A stretch of DNA of 62,210 bases from Halobacteriaceae archaeon (GTDB lineage: Archaea; Halobacteriota; Halobacteria; Halobacteriales; Halobacteriaceae). The notes below the pieces were generated by a model. That model made no database searches. It saw only the letters and a list, made by a program, of their open reading frames with translations, and was not told the origin of the DNA. The stretch is from positions 1 to 62,210 of the forward strand of contig JBDGTS010000002.1 of NCBI GenBank assembly GCA_042216675.1, written 5' to 3'. Below, one piece after another: positions 28,104 to 37,554 of the stretch (positions are counted from its first letter, which is position 1; the number at the start of each line of letters is the position of its first letter). The position numbers were made by a program, and so were the translations under genes.

Positions 28104-28547
28104 ATGGCGGAACCCTCAGTCACGTTCTTCGGCCCGGTCGACACGCTGGTCGGGCCTCACATCGAGTACGTGCTCCTCGCGCTCGTCCTCGCGAACTTCG
28201 TGACGCGGAAGTTGGCGAACGAGCGACACAAGCGGCAGGCCGCCGAGGGGGGCGCAGAGGCGATTTCGCGACACCCGGCCCACGTCGCCACGACGTGGCT
28301 GCTCGTCATCGGGTCGCTGTACTACCTCACGCTCCACCACCACTCCGGGGTGGTGCTGTCCTCGCTCGTCCTCACCACCTTCCTCGCGGACTTCTTCGAG
28401 TTCGAGGCCCGGAAGGTGGAGGCGCGGGAGGACAACCCCATCGAGGCACCGAAGGGGGCCATCACCGCGGCCGCGGTGACCCTGCTGTACGCGGCCTACC
28501 TCTCGGTGTTCTTCATCATTCAGCCCATCTGGAGCAGCGTCGTCTGA
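28104..28547 (+). CDS. conserved haloarchaeal membrane protein of the bc cluster
   Basis: 4 TM, DFFEFEARKVEAR. Confidence 0.7.
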   Translation: MAEPSVTFFGPVDTLVGPHIEYVLLALVLANFVTRKLANERHKRQAAEGGAEAISRHPAHVATTWLLVIGSLYYLTLHHHSGVVLSSLVLTTFLADFFEFEARKVEAREDNPIEAPKGAITAAAVTLLYAAYLSVFFIIQPIWSSVV

Positions 28548-28693
28548 GCGCGGTCTCTTCTCGCAGTTCCGACGTCCGACAGCGCCGTGGCCGTCTCACG
28601 CCCGGCGCGGTGGCCGGCGTCCTGCCCCCTTCGGTGCCGGTGCTACGGCTCCTGACCGTCGAGCGGCGACGCGTGCGGCAGAAGAAGTTGCAG

Positions 28694-28954
28694 TTACTCG
28701 GCCAGCGTTTCACGGGCTTCCCGGTAGGCGGGAACGAGGACCCAGAAGGTGAGCGCGCCGAGGATCGCGAACCAGAATGCGGCCTCCTTGACCGTCAGCG
28801 CGATTTCGCCGAACGTTCCCAGTCCGGTCGGGTCCGGACCCGTGAGCTGAGGGCCGTCGAAGTGCGGCGTGTTGTACCAGCCTGCAAGCGTCATCCACAG
28901 GAGCCCGGAGCCAGTGAGGATGCCAAGACCCTTTGCGAATTCGTCAGCCATCAT
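28694..28954 (-). CDS. small membrane protein, bc-complex associated
   Basis: MADEFAKG...WYNTP; overlaps the upstream gene; start 28954 or 28951. Confidence 0.75.
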   Translation of the reverse strand: MMADEFAKGLGILTGSGLLWMTLAGWYNTPHFDGPQLTGPDPTGLGTFGEIALTVKEAAFWFAILGALTFWVLVPAYREARETLAE

Positions 28955-29243
28955 CGGCGGCTTCGTCCGCCTGCTGTTTATCCTTTCCCATTCCCTCGGC
29001 CCGGAACCGTGACGCGAAGGCGTACACGGCGCCGCCGCCGGCGATGAGGAGCACTCCGAGCAGTCCGGCGATGGGGTTCACCTGCCCGGGTTGGAGCGTC
29101 GCTCGCTGGGTTGCAACGTCGAGAACGATGAACCCGGCGATGACGAGGACGATGGCTATCAGCGTCGCGAAAACGATGACCGTCTTGTACAGGCGGAGCG
29201 GAACAACGACGTCCCGCCCGCCGCCCTCGTCGGCGTCGTCCAT
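28944..29243 (-). CDS. small membrane protein, bc-complex associated
   Basis: VVVPLRLYKTV, 2 TM; abuts petD. Confidence 0.75.
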   Translation of the reverse strand: MDDADEGGGRDVVVPLRLYKTVIVFATLIAIVLVIAGFIVLDVATQRATLQPGQVNPIAGLLGVLLIAGGGAVYAFASRFRAEGMGKDKQQADEAADDG

Positions 29244-30011
29244 CTACTTCGGCGGGCGGAGCCGGTAGTAGCGGCGGTTGAGGTCGAACATGTAGCCCTC
29301 GCGCATCGTCTTCAGCACGGCGTAGGTGAGCCCCGCGAAGACGATGGGCAGGAGGAACGTCAGGTCGAACAGGAGGTGGGGCGCGATGGGCAGGAGGTTC
29401 TTCATCGATAGCGCCGCGATGGTGATGGAGAACACGACGCCGGACATGCCCACGGCCGCCCAGAACGGCTCCTCGACCGGACGTCGCGCGCTCCCCTTGT
29501 TGAGGAACGGCACGACGGCGATGACGCCGACCACGACGATGTTCGCGATGACGCCGTACGTTCGGTCGGCCATCAGCTTCTCGCCGCCGAGAATCGCCAA
29601 CTTGGGGTTGAGCGGGCCGAGCTTCAGCAGGCCGAACGACCAGTACAGGTACCAGTCCGGCAGGATGATGGACGGCGTCTGGCTCGGGTTCGCCGGAGCC
29701 GCGATGTGCGGCGGGAGCGTCGACGAGAGGAAGAAGATCATCCCTACGAAGAACGCCGTCAGCGAGAGGTTCCGGATGACCTCGTGTGGCCACGTCGGGA
29801 ACGCCAGCACGTCGCGTTCGACGTAGTCGGACTCCTGTCGGAGGTCCTGGTCCTCCCGCCGAGCGCGCTCGAAGTATTCGTAGGTCAGTCGGGAGAGGCC
29901 CACACTCCGCTCCTTCCGCTCGCGCCACGTCGGCGTCTCGTCGTCCGGCGGCACCGGTGCGTTGCCACCGTCGGTCTGTGCGTCCGCCGCGGTGTCTGTG
30001 TTGTCGGTCAT
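29244..30011 (-). CDS. petD: cytochrome b subunit IV-like
   Basis: ANPSQTP.II.PDWYL (PEWY-like). Confidence 0.9.
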   Translation of the reverse strand: MTDNTDTAADAQTDGGNAPVPPDDETPTWRERKERSVGLSRLTYEYFERARREDQDLRQESDYVERDVLAFPTWPHEVIRNLSLTAFFVGMIFFLSSTLPPHIAAPANPSQTPSIILPDWYLYWSFGLLKLGPLNPKLAILGGEKLMADRTYGVIANIVVVGVIAVVPFLNKGSARRPVEEPFWAAVGMSGVVFSITIAALSMKNLLPIAPHLLFDLTFLLPIVFAGLTYAVLKTMREGYMFDLNRRYYRLRPPK

Positions 30012-30015
30012 TGTA

Positions 30016-30846
30016 TCAGTGCGGTTCCGCGATGCCTTGCATCCAGACGATTCCGATGTGGACGGCGATGAGCGTCGTCACCACGAAGGGCAACAGGAAG
30101 ACGTGCAGGATGTACATCCTGCGGAGCGTCGCCGCGCCCGGCGAGAAGCCCCCGAAGACGAGTTGTGCAATCCACTCGCCCGCCAGCGGAATCGAGAGCG
30201 ACATCTCGACGCCGATCTGACTCGCCCAGTAGGAGAGCTGGTCCCACGGGAGCAGGTAGCCGGTGTAGCCGAACACCATCGTGAGGCTGATGAGAACGAT
30301 GCCGATGAGCCAGTTCAGTTCGCGTGGCTCCTTGTACGCGCCCGTGAAGTAGACGCGAAGCATGTGCAGGAAGACGGCCGCCGTCATGACCTGTGCCGCC
30401 CACCGGTGGATGGAGCGGAGCATGTAGCCGAAGTTGAGTTCGGTCATGATGTTCGTGATGGAACAGTAGGCGACCGTCGCCCCATCGATGCTTCCGCCCA
30501 TCGACGACGCACACGCCCCCGTCGCCGCGGAGGGCGCGTAGTAGAAGCCAAGTAGCGCACCGCTCACCGCGGCGACGATGTACGCGAGCGTCGAGAACGA
30601 CCCGAGCGCGTACAGTGGATACCAGTACCAGAACTTGTTGTCGAGGTTGTACTGTTCGGTGTGGCTCTTGGGCAGTTGGAAGTTGATGCGGTAGTACATC
30701 GTCTCCAACAGCTCCAGATAGTCCACGAGCCGGAGCCGGCGGTCCAGCCAGATGAGCACCGTCAGGAACGTGTGCTCGACGGGCGTGAGGTCCTTCTCCT
30801 CGAGCCACGCGTCGTGGTCGTGGTCGTCCGCGCGTTCCAGACTCAT
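30016..30846 (-). CDS. petB: cytochrome b (b6-like)
   Basis: RSIHRW..LHMLR, TGYLLPWDQ, YILHVF..VHI heme ligands. Confidence 0.93.
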   Translation of the reverse strand: MSLERADDHDHDAWLEEKDLTPVEHTFLTVLIWLDRRLRLVDYLELLETMYYRINFQLPKSHTEQYNLDNKFWYWYPLYALGSFSTLAYIVAAVSGALLGFYYAPSAATGACASSMGGSIDGATVAYCSITNIMTELNFGYMLRSIHRWAAQVMTAAVFLHMLRVYFTGAYKEPRELNWLIGIVLISLTMVFGYTGYLLPWDQLSYWASQIGVEMSLSIPLAGEWIAQLVFGGFSPGAATLRRMYILHVFLLPFVVTTLIAVHIGIVWMQGIAEPH

Positions 30847-30847
30847 G

Positions 30848-31693
30848 TTATCCGTCCTCCGGGCGCGGGTACGCCACGAACGCACTCTTCACGACGCTGA
30901 ACGGGTCGTAGATGGACTGGTGACACGGGCAGTACACCTTGTTCGCGCCGCCGAAGCGCTCTGCCTGCTCCGAGGACTTGAACCCCGGCGCACAGCAGAA
31001 GTGGGTGCACTTGTTGAGCCACGCCATCACGCCCTGTTGGGTGCTGGCGGACAGCCACTCGTCGTCCTGACTCGCCATCTCCTCGACGCGCGTGGAGCGA
31101 ATTACCTGCACCGGAATCGTGTTCTCGGTGTCCTGCGAGCGCCACGTGACCATCGCCGGCTTGCCGATGCCATCGGCACCGACGCTGTTGCCCCACGTCT
31201 CGTAGTTGCTGAAGTCGTCGATGTGGACCCGGTCACCGACTTCGACGTCCTGCTTTTGCCACTCGTACGGCGGGTCCGAGGCGTAGCGGAAGTAGTCGTC
31301 GCCCTCGTAGTCGGGGGAGATGCCCTGATAGCCTTGCACGCCGCAGTACTGGTACCACTCGGCGCCGTACGTGATGCCGCCGATGTCCTCCTCGGCTATC
31401 TTGATCGTCTCACCGCCGACCTGCTGTTCCTCGACGCTCGGGTAGTGGCCCTTGATGTACCCCTCGTCGTCGATGTCGATGACGACTTGGGGCATCGCGC
31501 GCGGCGCGGGGCCGTCGGTGTTCTCGATGCCGTAGAACTCGGTCGTTCCGCCGCCCGCGCCCGCCCGGTTCGTCAGCGCGTCGACGCTGACGGCGCCGAG
31601 CGAGCCGAACCCGACGAGCGTGGCGCTACCCACGACGCCTTTCACGAACTGCCGTCGGCCGGAACTCTCCGGATATTTGTCGCTTTCGGACAT
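30848..31693 (-). CDS. petA: Rieske Fe-S protein
   Basis: Tat RRQFVK; CTHFCC and CPCHQS boxes. Confidence 0.93.
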   Translation of the reverse strand: MSESDKYPESSGRRQFVKGVVGSATLVGFGSLGAVSVDALTNRAGAGGGTTEFYGIENTDGPAPRAMPQVVIDIDDEGYIKGHYPSVEEQQVGGETIKIAEEDIGGITYGAEWYQYCGVQGYQGISPDYEGDDYFRYASDPPYEWQKQDVEVGDRVHIDDFSNYETWGNSVGADGIGKPAMVTWRSQDTENTIPVQVIRSTRVEEMASQDDEWLSASTQQGVMAWLNKCTHFCCAPGFKSSEQAERFGGANKVYCPCHQSIYDPFSVVKSAFVAYPRPEDG

Positions 31694-32080
31694 TTACTTC
31701 CTCCTGTAGGGGTACACTGCTGTCTTGAACTGTTCGATCGCGCTCTTCATCGCGCTCTCGCCCTCGGCCATCTCCTCGCGGACGTAGAGGTCCTCCCACT
31801 TGCGACGACGCTTCTTGACGATCATCACGTCCGGCAGGAACTCCTTGCGGTACAGCAGGAGGATAAACGAGAGGTCGATGAAGATGGCCGTCAGCATGAA
31901 CCCGAGATACATGTTCCCGATCGGGTCCACGCCCCACCCGCTGACGAGGCCGTAGCTGAACAGGCCCACGAAGATGACCTCGATGATCGTCAGCAAGACG
32001 ATGGCGATGGCCGCGGCCGTGCTCTCGCGCGGGGGCTCGTAGCGGTGGATGTCGCCGTACGTACTTCCTGTGGATGACAT
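31694..32080 (-). CDS. bc-cluster membrane protein
   Basis: STYGDIHRYE, 2 TM, YRKEFLPDVMIVKKRRRKWEDLY. Confidence 0.75.
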   Translation of the reverse strand: MSSTGSTYGDIHRYEPPRESTAAAIAIVLLTIIEVIFVGLFSYGLVSGWGVDPIGNMYLGFMLTAIFIDLSFILLLYRKEFLPDVMIVKKRRRKWEDLYVREEMAEGESAMKSAIEQFKTAVYPYRRK

Positions 32081-32081
32081 G

Positions 32082-32762
32082 TTAGGTACCTCCGCTCGCG
32101 TGCCGTGATTCGCCGTACTTCAACACGAAGAACGTGTAGATGGTGGAGACGATCATCATCAGCACGGTGGCGATACCGACGAAGTGTGCCTGAAACGGGA
32201 CGCCCATCTCGTGGGGCGAGAGTTTGCCGCCGCCCTCGCTCGCGGGCGGCTGGCCGGTTTCGTTGACGACGATGGTGCCGACCATGCCCTGCGACCGGTG
32301 GGGTCGACAGTAGTAGTCGTACGTGCCGAGCGTCTCGAAGGTGTGCGTGTACGTGAACGGAGCGGTTTCGAGCGTCTCGTGCCCGCTCCACGACGCGCCC
32401 TCGGGCTGGCTGTCGACCACGATGTTGTGAGGGAGGTTCCCTTTCCAGACGAACTCGACCGTCGTCCCGGGCGTGATGTAAAGCGGTTCGGAGGTCCCGG
32501 GCTGGAACACGAGGTCGTTGCTCTCCGTCGAGACGTTGACGGTGACCGTCTGGCCGCCGCCACCGCCACCGCCGCCGCCGCTCGTCGTGGTCGTCTGGTT
32601 GCCGGTCGTCTGAGTACCGGTGGTCCCGTTTCCGGCGGTCGTCGTGCCCGACTGTTGGGCCGGTGCCGTCCCCGAAGGGTCGCCCTCGGCCGCCGCACCG
32701 TCGACGGCGACAGCGGTGCCGACAGCACCGCTGGCTACCTTCAGGAAGTCCCGCCTTCTCAT
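32082..32762 (-). CDS. halocyanin, first gene of the bc operon
   Basis: RRRDFLK; HNI; YYCRPHRSQGM; C-terminal TM. Confidence 0.9.
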   Translation of the reverse strand: MRRRDFLKVASGAVGTAVAVDGAAAEGDPSGTAPAQQSGTTTAGNGTTGTQTTGNQTTTTSGGGGGGGGGQTVTVNVSTESNDLVFQPGTSEPLYITPGTTVEFVWKGNLPHNIVVDSQPEGASWSGHETLETAPFTYTHTFETLGTYDYYCRPHRSQGMVGTIVVNETGQPPASEGGGKLSPHEMGVPFQAHFVGIATVLMMIVSTIYTFFVLKYGESRHASGGT

Positions 32763-32822
32763 ACATGTGGCGCTCGGGATGGGACGGCCATAAACCCACC
32801 GATGCCCCGCTCGTACGCGGTT

Positions 32823-33557
32823 TCACTCCGTGTCGCGGTCCTCGCCCTCCGCGCCGCTCCCGGGCACGAACGCCGGCCGCTCCTCGGAGTCCACGCCGGC
32901 CGAGCGGAGCCGTTCGCGGTACTCCTCGGCGCGGAACCGGTCCGAGAGCCGCGCGTTCGCGACTACCGTCAACAGCAACACGCCGAACGCGACGAACGCG
33001 AACGCGACGAACGCGACGACGACGTGGAGCGCGTAGCCGACCCACGCCCCGAAGAGGATGAGGCCCGCGATGACCTGCGCGAGGCCGACCACCTGCAACA
33101 CGAGGTTGCCGAGGTCGCGGCCGCGCTCGGTCACTGCCTCGGGGTCGGGGAGGCCGCGCTCCTCGGTCACCTCGGCCGGTTCGTAGTCCGGCATCGAGCA
33201 GAGCGCGACGGTCGGTTTCACGTCCCGGAGGACCGTGCCCTGCCCCTCTACGGCCCCATCGGGATGCACGACGGCGTACCCCTCGTCGGAGTAGGCGACG
33301 ATGCGCTCGCCCTCGTCGGTGTCGTCGCGTTCGACGACAGCGAAGACCTCCCGCGTGGCGACGCGGGCGTTCAGCTCCTGTTCCACGCGGTCGAGGAGTT
33401 CGCGCCCGGTGACCCAACTGTCCGCGTCGAAGGCCGCCTCCCACTCCTCGGGAGACATCTCCGCCATGTCCGCCGGCCCGAAGTCGTCGAAGTCGTAGCG
33501 CTCCTCGACGTCCTCCGGTTGTGGCGGCTCGTCCCCGTCGTCGCTGGCGTCGGCCAT
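32823..33557 (-). CDS. conserved haloarchaeal membrane protein
   Basis: YDFDDFGPADM, VALCSM, 2 TM. Confidence 0.7.
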   Translation of the reverse strand: MADASDDGDEPPQPEDVEERYDFDDFGPADMAEMSPEEWEAAFDADSWVTGRELLDRVEQELNARVATREVFAVVERDDTDEGERIVAYSDEGYAVVHPDGAVEGQGTVLRDVKPTVALCSMPDYEPAEVTEERGLPDPEAVTERGRDLGNLVLQVVGLAQVIAGLILFGAWVGYALHVVVAFVAFAFVAFGVLLLTVVANARLSDRFRAEEYRERLRSAGVDSEERPAFVPGSGAEGEDRDTE

Positions 33558-33652
33558 TAGCGGGGATTCGGGCCGGCGGCCCGATAAGCGCTTCGTGGTC
33601 GTCCCGAGATGCGCTTCGTGCGTTTTAACGCGGGCGACGGCAAACCTCGGGC

Positions 33653-34129
33653 ATGGTCGCAGACCGGGTCATCGCCGCCCTCGCCGTGGCCCTCGTCACT
33701 GCGAGTTTCCCGTTCTACCTCTACGGCGCGTGGATAATCGTGGACGCGGAGACCGTGACGTGGGACGTCTTGCTCCACCACCTCCGCTACATCGTCGTGG
33801 GCCTCGCGCTCACGACTGGTCCCGTCGTCTTCTGGATGCTTCCGCGGCTCTCCTACCGGCTCAACGGCGTCACCGGCGTCCACGCTTTCTTCGGCCTGCA
33901 GGCGTACGCGATGCTCACGTTCGCGCTCACGGGCATCGTCCGCATCTTTCAGGTGAAGCGCCGCCACGACCTGTACAGCGACCCCGAGGCCGACGTGGAC
34001 TTAGACGACCTGCACGAGAACATGACGGACTGGCGGCGGCGGCTCCGGGTCGGCGTCGCGGGCTACGTCGTCCTGTGGCTCATCGCGTGGGTCGTCGGGA
34101 TGGCGTATTTCCTCCTCCGCTACCTCTAG
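33653..34129 (+). CDS. conserved haloarchaeal membrane protein
   Basis: SFPFYLYGAW, 4 TM. Confidence 0.7.
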   Translation: MVADRVIAALAVALVTASFPFYLYGAWIIVDAETVTWDVLLHHLRYIVVGLALTTGPVVFWMLPRLSYRLNGVTGVHAFFGLQAYAMLTFALTGIVRIFQVKRRHDLYSDPEADVDLDDLHENMTDWRRRLRVGVAGYVVLWLIAWVVGMAYFLLRYL

Positions 34130-34812
34130 GCCCACGACTCGCCGCTGGCGAGGTCCACGTCCGAATCGAGCTTCGAGGACGGGCAGATGTCCTCGAGCGT
34201 GCAGTCCTCGCAGTCGGGGTTCCGCGCCGTGCACGTCTCGCGCCCGTGGCTGATGAGCAGATGCGTGAACTCCTGCCACTCGTCTCCGGGCACCACGTCC
34301 ATCAGGTCCTGCTCGATTTTCTCCGGCGACTCCAGTTCCGTCAGCCCGAGGCGCCGGGACAGGCGCTGGACGTGCGTGTCGACGACGATGCCCTCGACGA
34401 CTTCGTGGCCGTGTTGGAGGACGACGTTCGCCGTCTTGCGCCCCACGCCGGAGAGGTCAGTCAGCGCGTCCATCGTGTCCGGCACCTCGCCGTCGTGGTC
34501 CGCGATGATCTGCTCGCAGGCGTCCTGAATCCAGCCCGCCTTCTGGTTGAAGTACGTCACCGAGGAGATGTCCTCCGCGAGTTCGTCTTGGCTCACCGCG
34601 ACGTAGTCCTCGGGAGAGTCGTACTTCTCGAACAGGTCGTCGGTCACCTCGTTCACGCGCTCGTCGGTGCACTGCCCGGAGAGGACGACGGCGACGAGCA
34701 GTTCCAGTCGGTTCGAGAAGTCCAGCGAGATTTCGGGGTCGGGATACAGTTCGTACAGCCGGTCGATGACCTCCTCGGCCTGCGCCTCGCGGTCGGAGAG
34801 CGCCTCGCCCAT
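34126..34812 (-). CDS. nth: endonuclease III
   Basis: LSGQCTD, GVGRKTANV HhH, VDTH, C-x6-C-x2-C-x5-C. Confidence 0.95.
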   Translation of the reverse strand: MGEALSDREAQAEEVIDRLYELYPDPEISLDFSNRLELLVAVVLSGQCTDERVNEVTDDLFEKYDSPEDYVAVSQDELAEDISSVTYFNQKAGWIQDACEQIIADHDGEVPDTMDALTDLSGVGRKTANVVLQHGHEVVEGIVVDTHVQRLSRRLGLTELESPEKIEQDLMDVVPGDEWQEFTHLLISHGRETCTARNPDCEDCTLEDICPSSKLDSDVDLASGESWA

Positions 34813-34891
34813 GGGGGTGCCTCGCCCGCCCGCCGCTTGAGTGGTTCGCTCCATCGGGACGTTTATGCGCTCGCTCGTTCCCCCTGTGAGC

Positions 34892-35869
34892 ATGAAGGCG
34901 ACAGCGAAGGCCCACCCGATTCAGGGCCTCGTCAAGTACCACGGGATGCGCGACGACGACTTGCGGCTCCCCTATCACGACAGCATCAGCGTCTGCACGG
35001 CACCCAGCCACACCAAGACCACCGTCGAGTTCCGCCCCGACGCCGCCGACGACGAGTACTCCATCGACGGCGAGGCGGTGACGGGCCGCGGCGCCGAGCG
35101 CATCCGGCACGTCCTCGACCACGTCCGGGCGCTGGCGGACCGCGACGACCCGGTGCGCGTCGAGAGCGAGAACTCCTTCCAGTCGAACGTCGGCCTCGGC
35201 TCCTCCTCGTCGGGGTTCGCGGCGCTCGCCACCGCGGCCGTCGAGGCGGCGGGACTGGACCTCACGCGCCCCGAAATCTCAACCGTCGCCCGTCGCGGCT
35301 CCTCGTCGGCGGCCCGCGCCGTCACGGGGGCCTACTCCGACCTGCACGCGGGCCTCAACGACGCCGACTGCCGCTCGGAGCGCATTTCCGACACGGACGA
35401 ACTCGAAGCCGAACACCGCATCGTCGCGGCCCTCGTCCCCGCGTACAAGGAGACGGAGGCCGCCCACGCCGAGGCCGCCGACTCCCACATGTTTCAGGCG
35501 CGCCTCGCGCACGTCCACGACCAACTGGCGAAGATGCGCGACGCCCTCTACGAGAACGACGCGGAGCGCGTCTTCGAAATCGCAGAACACGACTCGCTCT
35601 CGCTGGCCGCGACGACGATGACCGGGCCGGCGGGGTGGGTGTACTGGAAGCCCGAGACCGTCGCCATCTTCGACGCCGTGCGCGAACTCCGCGAGGAGGG
35701 CGTGCCCGCCTACTTCTCCGTGGACACCGGCGCGAGCGTCTACGTCAACACCACCGCCGACCACGCGGACCGCGTCGAGTCCGTCGTGGCCGACTGCGGC
35801 GTCGAGACGCGCACGTGGCGCGTCGGCGGCCCCGCGCGCGTCCTCGATTCGACCGAGGCGCTGTTCTAG
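34892..35869 (+). CDS. mvaD: phosphomevalonate decarboxylase
   Basis: AHPIQGLVKYHG, GLGSSSSGFAA, ARRGSSSAAR, DTGASV. Confidence 0.92.
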   Translation: MKATAKAHPIQGLVKYHGMRDDDLRLPYHDSISVCTAPSHTKTTVEFRPDAADDEYSIDGEAVTGRGAERIRHVLDHVRALADRDDPVRVESENSFQSNVGLGSSSSGFAALATAAVEAAGLDLTRPEISTVARRGSSSAARAVTGAYSDLHAGLNDADCRSERISDTDELEAEHRIVAALVPAYKETEAAHAEAADSHMFQARLAHVHDQLAKMRDALYENDAERVFEIAEHDSLSLAATTMTGPAGWVYWKPETVAIFDAVRELREEGVPAYFSVDTGASVYVNTTADHADRVESVVADCGVETRTWRVGGPARVLDSTEALF

Positions 35870-36225
35870 ACGCCCGGCACGCCGGTCGCGCTCAGTCCCT
35901 CGACACCGAGTCGTGCGAGGAGGTGGATGATGCCCACGGACGCCGCCCACGCGAGGAGCGCGATTGCGGCGGCGTTCACCCACCCGCCCGGATACCGACG
36001 GTTCACGACCCAGACCCACGCGAGGAGCGTCAGCGCCGGGCCGACAGCGGGGAGCCAGCCGAACAAAAACGAGGCGACGCCCCAGACGAGGGCGCCGATG
36101 GCCGCGGTCCAGACGGCGTGTTCGTAGTCCCGGGTGTCGGTGACGACGGCGCCACCGACGTAGATGCCGAGTCCCCCGACGAGGAGGCTGACGACGAACG
36201 CGACGGCGGACGCGGTGAGTCCCAT
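35866..36225 (-). CDS. small membrane protein
   Basis: Hydrophobic ORF, RYPGGW..AA. Confidence 0.7.
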   Translation of the reverse strand: MGLTASAVAFVVSLLVGGLGIYVGGAVVTDTRDYEHAVWTAAIGALVWGVASFLFGWLPAVGPALTLLAWVWVVNRRYPGGWVNAAAIALLAWAASVGIIHLLARLGVEGLSATGVPGV

Positions 36226-36315
36226 AGCCGTCGTACCGGCGGCCCACACTTAGCCGCGGTGGCCGGAGTTCCCAACGACTGTTAAACCCCCGGGGGCTAT
36301 TGGGGCACCACGGAC

Positions 36316-37482
36316 ATGTCCGGACGCCTCTCGACAGTCGAGGACGCCTTCGCCGCCGAGTTCGGGCCCGACGAGCCGTCGGTCGCACACTCGGCCCCGG
36401 GGCGGGTGAACCTCATCGGCGGTCACACAGACTACAACGACGGCTTCGTCCTGCCGGCGGCCATCGACCGGCGCACCGTCGTCGCGGGCCGGCCGCGCGA
36501 CGACGCCAGCCTCCACGTCCACTCGGCCACCTTCGAGGAGACGGCTGTCGGGTCGGTGACTGACCCCGACCCCCTCGACCAGACGTGGGCGAACTACGTC
36601 CTCGGCGTCGCCGCCGAACTCGGTGACCTCGGTCACGACGTGCCGGGCGCGAACCTCGCCATCGCCAGCGACGTCCCGATGGGCGCGGGGCTCGCGTCCT
36701 CGGCGGCGCTGGAGCTCGCGGCGGCCGCCACGCTCGCGGACCTCGCCGACGCCGACCTCGACCCGGGGACGCTCGCCGACGTGTCCCGCCGTGCCGAGAA
36801 CGAGTTCGTGGGCGTCAGCTGTGGCCTGATGGACCAGTTCGCGGCCGCCTTCGGCAGGGCGGACAGGGCGCTCTTCCTCGACTGTCGGACCCGCGCCTAC
36901 GACCACATCCCCCTCGACGCCGAGCAGGCGCGCCTCGTCGTCACCGACACCTGCGTCGAACACGAACTGGTGGACTCGGAGTACAACCGCCGCGTCCGAC
37001 AGTGCGAACAGGGCGTCGAGCATCTCGGCCGGCTGCTCGACCGCCCGGTCCAGTCGCTTCGCGACGTGTCGCCCGCGGACCTCGACGCGCACCGTGACCG
37101 CCTCCCCGGCCCGGTGGCGAACCGCGTCGAGCACGTCGTCACCGAGAACGAGCGGGTCCAACAGGCCCGCGACGCGCTCTCGGAGGGCGACGTGGCCGCC
37201 GTCGGCGACCTGATGGCGGCGTCCCACGAGAGCCTCAGGGACCTGTACGAGGTCAGCTGCGACGAACTCGACGCCGTGGTCGAAATCGCCGCCGACCAGC
37301 CCGCGGTCCTCGGCTCCCGGATGACGGGCGCCGGCTTCGGTGGCTGTGTCGTCTCCCTCGTCGAACCGGCCGGCGTCGACGAGGTGGTGGCCGCCGTCGA
37401 GTCCGAGTACGAGGCGCGCACCGGCATCGACCCGGACGTCCACGTCTTCGAGGCGGCGGACGGCCTCGAACGCGAGCGGTAG
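36316..37482 (+). CDS. galK: galactokinase-like GHMP kinase
   Basis: APGRVNLIGGHTDYNDG, PMGAGLASSAA, CGLMDQ, SRMTGAGFGG. Confidence 0.88.
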   Translation: MSGRLSTVEDAFAAEFGPDEPSVAHSAPGRVNLIGGHTDYNDGFVLPAAIDRRTVVAGRPRDDASLHVHSATFEETAVGSVTDPDPLDQTWANYVLGVAAELGDLGHDVPGANLAIASDVPMGAGLASSAALELAAAATLADLADADLDPGTLADVSRRAENEFVGVSCGLMDQFAAAFGRADRALFLDCRTRAYDHIPLDAEQARLVVTDTCVEHELVDSEYNRRVRQCEQGVEHLGRLLDRPVQSLRDVSPADLDAHRDRLPGPVANRVEHVVTENERVQQARDALSEGDVAAVGDLMAASHESLRDLYEVSCDELDAVVEIAADQPAVLGSRMTGAGFGGCVVSLVEPAGVDEVVAAVESEYEARTGIDPDVHVFEAADGLERER

Positions 37483-37554
37483 GCCACAGACTGAAACCGT
37501 CGCCGCCCCAAACCCCGCCGATGCACGCACGCAGGCCACGGAGGTGTCCCTGAC

